From Perkinsus chesapeaki ATCC PRA-425 (taxonomy: Eukaryota; Protista; Perkinsozoa): DNA of 32,923 nt. The translations under genes and the position numbers were made by a program. The stretch's first letter is position 1; every line of letters begins with the position of its first letter. Shown piece after piece: positions 1-10,177 of this stretch. The stretch covers positions 1-32,923 of the forward strand of contig JAAPAO010000399.1 in assembly GCA_013115145.1 (NCBI GenBank). The letters are read 5' to 3'. Below the pieces are notes generated by a model. The model was not told where the DNA came from. It ran no database searches and saw nothing but the letters and a program-made list of their open reading frames with translations.

Positions 1-437
1 GTGCTATTTGGCGAATGAATTCCGCTTGGTCACTATTTGGCGTAATTCTGTTTGGCGAAACCTGTTACGCCCATCATCCTGCGTTTTCACTTAGCGCGCG
101 CCATTCTAATCGATAACGTTGATATTCTGCCGCCTTCTCGGAACACTGTCAGCCTTCGGGCTAGCAGGCTAGCTTTATTACTTATAAGTAGGTTAATATA
201 ATATCCCTCATCCGTATGACGGTACTGTACAAAAATCGGATCTGAAACGAGCATTCATTTTCGAGAAATTCGTTACTGACCCCCAAATGCTGATTTTGGA
301 GAGTTACTGAAAGATACTCCTTAGGTCAGTTTGAAGCATAATAATCGATTGGATTGAAATCCATTCTCACACTAGTAGAATCGATATTGGAAATTTGCTC
401 CACTGTAGAAATCTCTTACTGAGCATCATTGATCCCT

Positions 438-466
438 ACCGTACTTGTCCATTTTAGTTACTCTAA
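438..466 (+). other. Possible highly degenerate spliced-leader relic upstream of the POT gene
   Basis: ACCGTA-cttgt-CCATTTT-agtta-CTCtAA versus SL ACCGTA-G-CCATYTT-GG-CTCAAG; ends 14 nt before the ATG at 481. Requires gaps. Confidence 0.3.
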
Positions 467-480
467 TACATTTAGTCTAA

Positions 481-2037
481 ATGCTGCATTTTTCTTCTTC
501 TCTTTCCGACAAGCCCTATTCCTTCACTGATCGTTCTGGCAACACTTATCACTATTTCGAGAAGCCCCTGTTCAACGCATGTTTCTTCATTCTCATGCAA
601 GAGTTCTGCGAACGTCTGGCGTTCTATGGTCTTACACCTAACCTTCAGCTATTTACCAAAGAGTATCTTGGCTACACCGATGCCGTTGCCAATTCGTACG
701 TCTCAAGCTTTAACTCCATCCTCTACGTCACCCCGATGCTGACCGGTATCCTAGCCGACACATTCCTCGGTGTGTACTTGACCATTCTCATATTTTCCCT
801 TGTTTATATGCTCGGGCTTGTCCTCATTACTATCGCCTCAGTGCCGTCACTAAGCGAGCCTTGGATGATCCATGTTTCCCTGATGTTCCTTATTACGGTC
901 GGTGCTGGTGGTATCAAAAGCTGCGTCAATGTGATGGGCGCTCAACAGATGCATCCAGAAAAGCATAAAGATATTCTCACGAGCTTCTTCACAATATTTT
1001 ATGCCGCTATCAACCTCGGAAGTATCATTGGTGGTGTCGTGACCCCTATCCTGGTCGAAGACGTATCTTGGGCTTCCAGCTTCGTTGTCCCACTAATTTT
1101 CTTCGCTGTAGCGACGAGCGTCTTTGTTCTCGGTGACCTGATGAAGAGATATGTCAAAGTGAAACCGGAGGGGTCCGCCGTTCTGGAGGTTATCAAAGTT
1201 ATGCTAGCATCTATCTGGCGTTGCGGTGTTGATAAAAATAAAAAGAGCCAAGGAGGATCTTTTGAAGACTCCTTTATTGAAGATACTAAAGTCTTCGCAA
1301 GGCTGCTGCCGATTTTGCTGGTGACGATCCCGTTCAACATGGCTTATAATAACATGACTACCACTTTCCTTACGCAAGCTCTCCTTATGGACCGAGATAC
1401 GTTCGGATGGAACATGCCCGCTGCTATAATGCAGAACGTTGATCCGATAGGCGTCGTTATTGTTTCTGTTATTGTTGATGGATATCTTTATCCTAAACTG
1501 CGCCAGTGGAATATGATGCCTTCTGTGTTGGTCCGCTTTTGCATTGGTTCGACACTCGGTGCTCTCTCTTTGCTTTGCGCTACTATAATTGAGTACCAGA
1601 TTCGCAGTCATTCGATCTATACGATTTCTATCTGGTGGCAAGTGCCTCAATTCGTCTTCATCGCCGCTGGTGAGATTTTCCTAATTTCGACTAGTTACGA
1701 GGTGGCCTACACCCACGCCCCGAGTCAGCTCAAGACGGTTGCCTCCGCTGTAAATCTGTGTTTCATGGCAGTTGCCTACGCGATCTCCGCCGCTCTGTTC
1801 GGTGCCTGTGCGTCTTGGTTGCCCAACTTTGATCCTAATGATATCGATGGTTATATTGATCATTCACATTACGATTATTATTACTATCTTCTTATCGGCA
1901 TCTGCCTGCTGGGCTCAGCCGGTGCGCTTATTCTCATACCGTATTATAGAAGGATAGAGAGCGACCACCAAGCTCAGATTAAATCGTCTAATAGCCAAGA
2001 GCCCATTACCATCGACTCTGACGAATCCGCCGCTTGA
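481..2037 (+). CDS. Proton-dependent oligopeptide transporter (POT/PTR family, MFS), 518 aa, single exon
   Basis: Family motifs in the translation: EFCERLAFYG, GILADTFLG, GAGGIKSCVNVMGAQQ, FFTIFYAAINLGS, WQVPQF..AGEIF, AP..LK; about 12 hydrophobic segments. Confidence 0.93.
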   Translation: MLHFSSSLSDKPYSFTDRSGNTYHYFEKPLFNACFFILMQEFCERLAFYGLTPNLQLFTKEYLGYTDAVANSYVSSFNSILYVTPMLTGILADTFLGVYLTILIFSLVYMLGLVLITIASVPSLSEPWMIHVSLMFLITVGAGGIKSCVNVMGAQQMHPEKHKDILTSFFTIFYAAINLGSIIGGVVTPILVEDVSWASSFVVPLIFFAVATSVFVLGDLMKRYVKVKPEGSAVLEVIKVMLASIWRCGVDKNKKSQGGSFEDSFIEDTKVFARLLPILLVTIPFNMAYNNMTTTFLTQALLMDRDTFGWNMPAAIMQNVDPIGVVIVSVIVDGYLYPKLRQWNMMPSVLVRFCIGSTLGALSLLCATIIEYQIRSHSIYTISIWWQVPQFVFIAAGEIFLISTSYEVAYTHAPSQLKTVASAVNLCFMAVAYAISAALFGACASWLPNFDPNDIDGYIDHSHYDYYYYLLIGICLLGSAGALILIPYYRRIESDHQAQIKSSNSQEPITIDSDESAA

Positions 2038-2261
2038 TTTTCCCGTTTCTGCTGTTCAAACCAATTCTGCTGTCATTTAGAGGAAGTATAGTTGTATTCT
2101 TATTACCTTGTCATCGATTGGAAAGATGATCACCTTTTACCAGAATTTCGTGGCCTTGTGTTGTAATGCCTGTAAAATGCTAACATAGTAAAATAGTGGG
2201 GTTACTAAACTCATACGTATCCTTACCACCACTATTTTGTAAGAACGAGTCTCTCGAACGC

Positions 2262-2406
2262 CAGGGTTTGCCACTTCAGACTTCCATGCTATTATGTTTA
2301 ATGTTTGCTTATTAATGTTATTATTTTGTTCTATATGTTATGTTATTTAATGTTTATGTTTCAATGTTATTATCTTCATATTGTATTTTGCCGAACAGGG
2401 TTTGCC
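2262..2406. repeat. AT-rich (TATGTT-like) low-complexity tract bracketed by an 11-bp direct repeat CAGGGTTTGCC
   Basis: CAGGGTTTGCC at 2262-2272 and 2396-2406; degenerate ATGTT/TATT units between them. Confidence 0.6.
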
Positions 2407-2463
2407 CCTAGGGTAATGCCGTTTTACAGGCCTGCTATAGTGACTCCTTGTTGAGAGACCCAA

Positions 2464-5254
2464 ATGTCAGTCTTCCTCGAGGGAGCGCTATTATCAATAC
2501 CGTCACCCAACAACAACCGTCAAGACACTGCCGACTCCTCCCGCTTAGTCGAGAACTTCTTGACAGCATTAAACCAGTCAACCCCGGAGCTCGTAACGCC
2601 TCTCATCAACGCTATATGCGCAAATAAAAGCAAAGAGACGCGGACCGAGTTGCTCAAGTATGTTCGACAACAGTCGCGCCCTGTGCTAGCAGCACCGAAC
2701 GCAACGGACCACAAAGAGATCGATAAGCGCGCAGAGAAACTGGCCTTAATATGCCGAAGGTCGCGTCCTGTGTTCCTTACGTGGATAATCGAGGCACTAC
2801 CAGTTACGTCGCTGCGAATGACTGTGAGAAGACTGGTAGAGTGTTGCAGTTCGCGTCTCGCGGACAAGATGGTAAATTCCCTGCACGGAAGTGTAACGTG
2901 GATCTTAATTGAAGAGCTGATTCTGAAGTTCGCCGACGAAGAGCGGTTCGACTCCCTCGTGAGCCTGCTTGAGAAGCACGAGGTGAAAATTTGTGGCCTA
3001 CTGGAAGATCTGAAACCCATTCCGTCAACAACAGTCATCATCAGTCTCATCGAAAACGGTACACAACGTATGGTGCAGGCTGCAGCAGCTTGCACTATGG
3101 CAGCTTCGGTGGTAGGAAAGAGTAACAGCTACTGGTATTGGGAAAGCCCTTCCAGGCAAAATGCCATATCGTTCACTACGGACCTCCTTCGGCAACTGAG
3201 CACTGTCAATGAAACACCCCTTACCAGTTTTCTAATCGACATTGCTAACAGTGAGCATGGCTCTTGCTTTTTGCGACAAGTGAAAAGTAGCGGTCTTGTG
3301 CCCGACGGTGTGCTCGTGGCAGTGGCGGAGTGGATTCTTCTGAGGACAAGCGTGACGCAGTCTTCTGTCGCATTCGCCCTTGACTTTCTCAAGGAGCTCG
3401 CAAATAAAGAAGGGGCACCTTACTTGAAGAACATTGTCGAAAAACTTCCTACTAGAAGGCTGCCCGAGGCCGCGGTTAGCTGGTGCACGGCCACGACTGA
3501 CGCTGGCCTCTTCGTTATTTTATCTTGCAAAATGAGAAGCGTGCTTCGGGTAAACGCCGATGCTTCGTTGAAAGAGCGTTACACCGATGCCATTGCAGTC
3601 CTTGCTATGCGAGGTTGGAATTGTGATGAGCTCTCACCGCTAGTCTCACGGGAGGCCGCTTTGGCCCAACTCAGCAAACTAAGCGACAGTTTGTCTGTAG
3701 CAAGCATGCAAGGGGGATCACCAATCAGAGACCTCAGCGGTCCCATCTACGCTGAGCTCGCAGTGTCACGGGGTGAACCTGGAAACTTAGAACTCCCCGC
3801 CGGGAAGCCCTTCATGGTCAATGTGCCTCCTGTTGTCTCTTGCGTGTCGAAGCAGGACGCTGAACGTACCCTAGAAAGATTGAAACAACTCTACGGCAGT
3901 AGTCATTACCTTTGGTTAGCCAAGCGATGCCTAGCAGCTTCGCTTGTGGCCAGAGACTGCCCTCCACTATTCGGTCCTGTAAAGCGCACAACGGTGACGG
4001 TACAGGGAGCAACTTTTGAGATTTGTGTCCGTGAAGATGTCCCATGGCAGGGCGTTGCAGGCGAATTGCTTGGCGAGTGTCGAGCAATGACCCCAGGCTG
4101 GTGGTCCACAGTTCTCTACGGGCTCCGCTACTACTCTTCGGAGCAACGCGAGCTTGTCAAATTGTGGGCGACAGTTGTGTTCGGTGGCAACTGTCTGATC
4201 TCATCGTTGGAAAACCGCGTATCCCTCGCCATTCGATCCAAGAAGTCCCGAATGGCCGAGCATGCCGCGACCGCACTTCATATTATTTATGCTGATTTCA
4301 TCAACCCTCACGCGAGCCGAGATTCGGTGTGGATTGGCGAGCGGCGAAGGTTTGTGACGCTTCTTGTTCAAGATGTCGCAAAGGCAGTGCCCGCTAAAGT
4401 TTTGGGCAAATTGCTGGACACTGCGTTACTACTGGGGCCATCTTGTGGCAACCTAAGATGCCTTGCTAATATGATCATTTCTAACCCGAAAACCTCACAT
4501 GAAGCAAGGTAAGCTGACCGCGGTCAATTTTCCGACCCTCGGCGTCTTAGGTATCCCTGTCTTGGCGACGCAAAGCACCGTCGAAGCCGGCAAGTTATAG
4601 TTGAAAGGCTGCTTATTTGGGCGGATGACCTCGTTGAGCAGTCAGCCAAGCAACTGGACGAATGTGGTTTCGTTTCGGGCCATGCGAGCATCGCAGTAGA
4701 AAAGTCGGTGAGGTTTTCGTCTATGCGGGTGAGCTTCTCCGTGGCTTAGTCTATTTCACCGAGTTTTGATGAAGCCGTCAGTTCTGGCGATATTTTTTGA
4801 ACCGCCAAGGCCCGAACGTTTGGCTGCGGTTCTGGGGCTAATAACTGGCCTTTGCAGTGAGACCGGCCTTCCCAGCTTCCCGTTGCTTGTTCAAGTTTGT
4901 TACTTAGAGAATATTCTCACGTTGTTCAAGAATCTGCCAATGCATCGGCATCCCTTGAAATCCTCCATTACAAGTTTGCTGAAAGATTTGCAGACCCGAG
5001 TTGCAGCAGTGGCTCGAAGCACACTCGGAGCCCTCCAGACCTCGAACGTGAGTCTTAAGGTCCTCGGACCACGGTAGGCAATGTTGCTGTCTTAGGCGAT
5101 TGATGAAGTGAGAGAGACTGTTGTATTTGCGTTATCGGCCATGGCGTACGATTGCTCCCACCGACATTCGCTGGTGCAGCAAAGGCAGAGGGTTGCAAAA
5201 CGTTCCACAACGCACGACTCGACGACGGGCCTCGAACCAGCCCCAAAGCGGTGA
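2464..5254 (+). CDS. Hypothetical alpha-helical protein, ~884 aa, 4 predicted exons (2464-4508, 4551-4703, 4750-5047, 5096-5254)
   Basis: The 682-aa ORF ends at AG|GTAAGC. GT-AG introns of 42, 46 and 48 nt (4509-4550, 4704-4749, 5048-5095) join it in frame to the 4766 ORF and to a last exon ending EPAPKR*. Leu/Ala-rich helical composition; no family recognised. Confidence 0.7.
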
Positions 5255-5299
5255 ACTTGCATGCATTTAGTTATGAAGCTTCAAACGTGCAAATGGCAC

Positions 5300-5358
5300 G
5301 TTGTCAGTGACAACTTGTCACCGAGCATTCCATGCCTGTGACAGTTTAACTGTCACAG
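5300..5358. repeat. Two odd-centred palindromes built on TGTCA/TGACA
   Basis: GTTGTCA-G-TGACAAC (5300-5314) and CTGTGACAGTT-T-AACTGTCACAG (5336-5358). Confidence 0.85.
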
Positions 5359-5544
5359 TTATATATTTAGTGTCAGAACTTCTGGCTCTACTCGCGTCAC
5401 TTTCTGTGCTACAGCGTTATACATTAGCTACGAGCTACATATAGGATATCCACGAGTCAGTGCACTGGCTTTGCGAGCATTACTCTATGTGCTCAAGTTT
5501 CTATGATTACTGCTCTTGTCGCGCTCCATTAAATTCGGGAAAAT

Positions 5545-5615
5545 GATATGTGTGAGGTTCGAACCGAGGTCGTTAATAAGACAATCAGTGCCCATAACTG
5601 CTACGCTAATCAGTC
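5545..5615 (-). mobile_element. Degenerate tRNA-derived (SINE-head-like) sequence, intergenic
   Basis: Minus strand GACTGATTAGCGTAGCAGTTATGGG...ACGACCTCGGTTCGAACCTC: A-box-like and B-box motifs at tRNA spacing, but acceptor and T stems do not pair. Shares TATGGG, ACGACC and GGTTCGAnCCT with the 17497-17570 copy. Confidence 0.55.
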
Positions 5616-6559
5616 AGACTTTTCGGTTCAAACTCGTAGCTCACCCTCAAGTCTAAAGATCTGCCGATGATTTCTCACCAATCTCAAGCTGGTAGTTCAT
5701 CTCGCCAAGTTGTTCCGGCCAAAACGGTTCCTTCGATCTCGTTATTTGTACTCTAAATAGTTGAGCATTTTCAATGCTTTTGTTTCGTTTAGTTTGTCCA
5801 CGTTTTCCATTGTTCTCTCCATCTTTAACTATTCGTATCCTTTGTATCTACTCTATCTCTTGAAATATTATATAATCCTTTTAATTAAGTTCCTCTATTA
5901 TATAGTCCGTGTTCACTCCTACATCGCCGGCTGATTTCCAGTAATGTATATGAAGCATCCCACGATTAACTCGATTACCTATTCACAAGTTACCCCTCCA
6001 GGTCGCTGTTTGTTATTTTCTCTATATAACGATGATGAGCATTTTCGCTCCGGCCCGTCAGCTCCTTTCACGTTCCACCATGATAACCCGGCTGACTAGT
6101 GCTCGCTTCGCCTCGACATTCGTCAATGTAATTCCGCAACTCTGCTTCATTACAGACTCTCTACCTTGTTGCAGGCCATAAAGGAGCAGAACGCCTCCTA
6201 CACTAAGAAGGCTCTCAAGTGCTACGAAGAATCTAAAGAGGAGGTTGATAGGAAACTCGACCCTGTACCGCTTGACCGTTTCACTGCTGTCAACAGACCT
6301 TCTGTGTAGGTCTTCAATAGCAGTCCACTGGTATTGTTTATGGAGGGTACTGTGGATGCTCCCAAAGGCCAACTCAGCCTTAACGTCGTCAAGATGCTTA
6401 CCGAGGTACTATCTCCCACATGCCACCTTTCGTATTTACGTAAATACCGTTCCAGATTTCAGCCCTCCCTGAATTAGACAGTGCTTAAATGGTAGATGCC
6501 AGCTTTCGGAGCTGCTGAGGCTTCCTCGTTCATTTCGGCTTACTGTCAGGTGCAAGCCG

Positions 6560-7290
6560 CTCCTCTGGTTACTGTGGACGTCACCGAGCATCCTGCTATA
6601 GCTGGGTAGTATTATGGTGGTGTTATTGCGAATTAAGGACTTCCAGGGATTAGGAATCCGTTGGACTGCCTTCTTGGAGTCTCTGGAATAATTTCTTATA
6701 ATGTCTACAGCTTGGGATAATTAAAGTCTTTATTCGTTGGCAGTGTCATCCGTGACTGTGAACTCAAGTCCGCTGAAGCTACCCATGTGGGCTCATCGAT
6801 AGTAGAATTGGGAGGTCCAATTACTGCAATTGACCTTTATATAATATAAATATATTTTTCCATAAGAAAAAGTGGGTTGCCAAATTTGACCAGGTCCAAA
6901 GAACCTAGTCCGAGACTTTAGCGGATTCGAGTTCGGAGGGACGGATGGCAAAACGCGGAAGATATCTTTTCCATGTTGGCACCTACGTAACCCCACTTTA
7001 TTAGATACACTGTTGCCAAGAGCGGCTCAGAGACCACACCGCACTTGTACTACAACGGCAATTTTTATGGGGACCATGACAGGTAGTAGGGTTACGTTTC
7101 ACTGTGCATGTGAGGCTGCCTATCAGAGTCTTGAGCAAATACAAGAATGGTGACCTTAGGAAGATCGGCACCAACAAGAGGTAAGTGAATAATGCAATTT
7201 CGGTGAGTTACTGGAGATTTAGGTCTGAAGGGGCCTTTGCTGGCGAGCTTCCCATTGGTATGTATTGAGGTGGTGGTTGACTGACAATAG
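6560..7290 (+). pseudogene. Probable heavily decayed non-LTR retrotransposon reverse transcriptase remnant
   Basis: Motif-like peptides in RT order across stops and frameshifts: PSILL*LGSIM (6584), KWVAKF (W at 6872), GTYVTPLY* (6978), FYGD (7063), EAAYQSLEQIQEW (7112-7150), Y..VVVD (7263-7281). FYGD to YLG-like spacing is ~65 codons. Recognised by eye only. Confidence 0.35.
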
Positions 7291-7370
7291 TTTCTTAGAA
7301 ATAGCTTCGTGGATGATATGAACCTGTTGAGTTACCAATTGATAATGTGCCCCGAAAAGCGAAGCGAACC

Positions 7371-7465
7371 ATATCCAAGGATGGGATTTTCGGTACCAAG
7401 AAAGATACCCAAGGATGGGATTTTCGGTATCAAGAAAGATACCCAGGGATGGGATTTTCGGTACC
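7371..7465 (+). repeat. 34-bp tandem repeat, ~2.8 copies
   Basis: Unit ATAYCCARGGATGGGATTTTCGGTAYCAAGAAAG starting at 7371, 7405 and 7439. Confidence 0.95.
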
Positions 7466-8356
7466 TGGCGAGTTTTCGTGCTTCCACGTGAGAGTTAGTT
7501 ATCAGACAATATTGGGGGAAATGAACTCAACGACGATATGATACTAGAACGATGTGTTAACGACAAGACTACTGTATACTTTTGGATGACAGACAAAATT
7601 AACACTGCTACATTCGATAGCGAATGATTCCTTGCCTACCATCCGAGCGCCATCGTGAACTCCGCAACCATCGCAGGATGCAAAAAGTCCCGGCAGATCA
7701 GTAGCAGCCGAGCAAAGGCAATCTCCTTAGCTTGGCTTGCCTTACCAATTAAGATATCGTCTGTCACGAGAAGGCTTTTTGACACCCCACAATTGACAAC
7801 CTTCTCTCACATATCTAAGCCATTTTCGTAAAAGAGTGTGGTTACACTGTATTTCCAATTAACAATAGTCTGGGTATTTATCGCCGGCACAAATAGGCAA
7901 ATAACAGTTTTATACACACTCCCCTTGGCGGCTCCTCTGACCTCATGCATTGTCGTGGGTAGCATTCAGCACGGGCTCATCTATACTCTTAATAGGAGCT
8001 CTGTTAGTGCGTTAAGCTGGGAACGGGATAATGGAGGGACAACTGGAAAGAGTGTGGAGGAATTGTGTATTGAGGTGCCAGTCGGACGTCTTCGATATTG
8101 ACTGTAACGCAACTCGAGCATAAAATGGAAAAGCTTGAGACCCCTAAGATGAATCTGATTCTGGTCCATTATATGGAAGAATGTGAAAAGTGTCTGCTTT
8201 CTGCGACTCGGCCGAAAGCGCGGACTTCTTCTCCCTCACATATAGGTATTCATGTGTATTGACTAATACACACCGAAAATATAATGTCAGAAAAAGGACA
8301 AACCCAAGCAAGGCTAGATTCTACATATCAACCATTTGCCATTTGCGGAAGCATAC

Positions 8357-10177
8357 TCATAATCCCATGCATACTGCTCCAGACGATTTACAGTTTTCCT
8401 CAACGCATTCCAGACACCCCTCAGAGGACGGGTCCGACATGCATGCCCACTTGCAGTTCTTTCTCGCGCATGTGCCAAGTTCACCGAAGCACTCAGAACA
8501 CTCCTCGGTGATAGGAGGCAAATTGAAGGGAGTATTTCCAGCAGTCTTAGTGTGCTTCAAAACACAACCCGCGATCCTGCTTTTCAGCATATAATTTCTA
8601 AAACATCCCATCGTTGCATCAAAAAACTTTGATCTGTCATAAGCTGGGACGCTACTAGATGTCCACCATCGCATCTGATCTCTAGTAGTACATTTACCAC
8701 TAGGCCTGGTAGTAAGCCGGAAAGGCTGAGTACTTGTATTAGACCAACCAGCACTATTCTTAGCCTGAAATCTAACCTTGTATGAAGTATTAGCTCGAAG
8801 ACCGGTAATATCACACCAAGGATCAGAGGTTTCACATAGGGCAGTGCCACTATCATCAATAGCGCGGAAACCGGTCACAGGTAGAGTACATCCTCGATCA
8901 GCAGCTGGAAGAAAGCCTAAAGCGACACCGTCGGAGAACCGTTCATATTGTAGAGGGGAAGGTGCACCAGCTTCACAGTACTCAGTTTCAACGACCAGAC
9001 CGTGAGATTCAGGGCCATTACCCATGGAGTTACTAGCAAAAATAAAGAATGTATAAGTGCTTCCTGGATGAAGTTCATCTACTGTATAGCTCGTATCATC
9101 ACCTGGAACCGTGTAGGCAGCATCACCTTCAGGCGTAATGATAACATAATTGAGGATCATAGCACCATTATCAGATGGAGCAGCCCAAGACAATGTCACA
9201 GAAGTTGATGACGACTCTTTAAGTGCAAATGATGAGACCTGAAACTCGAACTGGAAGATATGGGTCTATCAGGCGGTTAGCTCACCTGGCCAGGTGCAGA
9301 AGGAGCGGGAGTAGGCTCCATGTCAGGTGAACCAGTAGTTAGCGACTCCCCAGGAGCCACCGGTGGAGGCTCGAATGGAATGGGTCGATCGGTGCATACA
9401 AAGTGAGGTCTGCTGAAATCACTGCGACCAATATAGTTTTCAGCCGCTATTCGAAACTGGAAGCACTGAGCTGCGGGGAGACCTCCCACAGTGAACAGCT
9501 GAAGCAGTTGAAAGGTACGATAATTTGGTAGTATCACCACTTCCATCCAGCTATGGGGAATCTCTTCACTACTATTCGCTGGACTATATTGTATAATGTA
9601 TACTCTCACGGTAGCACCCTTGTCATCAGTTGGTGGAGAAATAGCGAACGAAACGCTATCCTCGGAAGTCCGGAATCCCCACTGACCTGAAACGATAAGT
9701 AGTGGACAGCAGGAAAGTATGATACTCACTCGGTGGACTGGGCACATCAGGTGACTTTGTGGTTGCCAAGGCAGTAGGAGATGGATTACTGATACGACCA
9801 TCCTTCATAACGATCTTGTAGCGGACTAGGAGTCCTTCTCTAAAGACCAAGCCAGTAATGTTGCCAGTAGATGCCTTTTCGATATTATAGGGCACTTCTA
9901 GTGCAGCAGTCCATTCTTCATTCGAACCAAGGTCCTTGCCATCATTTAACGTTGTGGCAGCTTGGGTCTCTATAATGTAAGCCTTTGGATTGTATTTCAA
10001 AGCTGTGGTCGTAGGATTGACTACAACTTGCAAGTTCGTGTAGCCCTCAATGATTTCCGGAGGCTCAAGTTCGCCAACATTGACAGTATTCCTCCCGAAG
10101 TACCATGCGAGGGGAACAGAGATACTTATCAATGCACCACCGAATATGACGCCAGCAGCAATAGGGATACATATCAT
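8357..10177 (-). CDS. Membrane-anchored or secreted fibronectin type III repeat protein with 12-Cys C-terminal domain, ~576 aa; exons 10177-9730, 9686-9286, 9238-8357 (5' end uncertain)
   Basis: GT-AG introns 9729-9687 (43 nt) and 9285-9239 (47 nt) fuse three ORFs in frame. N-terminal hydrophobic segment ICIPIAAGVIFGGALISISVPLAWYF; FN3 motifs (VTLSWAAPSDNG, LHPGSTYTFFIFASNSMGNGPES, GLRANTSYKVRFQAKNSAGWS, GLPAAQCFQFRIAAENYIGRS); tail CSECFGELGTCARKNCKWAC...CLECVEENC...CMGL*. Confidence 0.85.

Noticed and set aside
2520-3392. Minus-strand ORFs of 191, 75 and 87 aa
   Set aside because: Antisense shadows of the long plus-strand exon.
7371-7465. CRISPR-like appearance of the 34-bp and 40-bp repeats
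   Set aside because: Units are contiguous with no unique spacers, there are no cas genes, and the context is eukaryotic.
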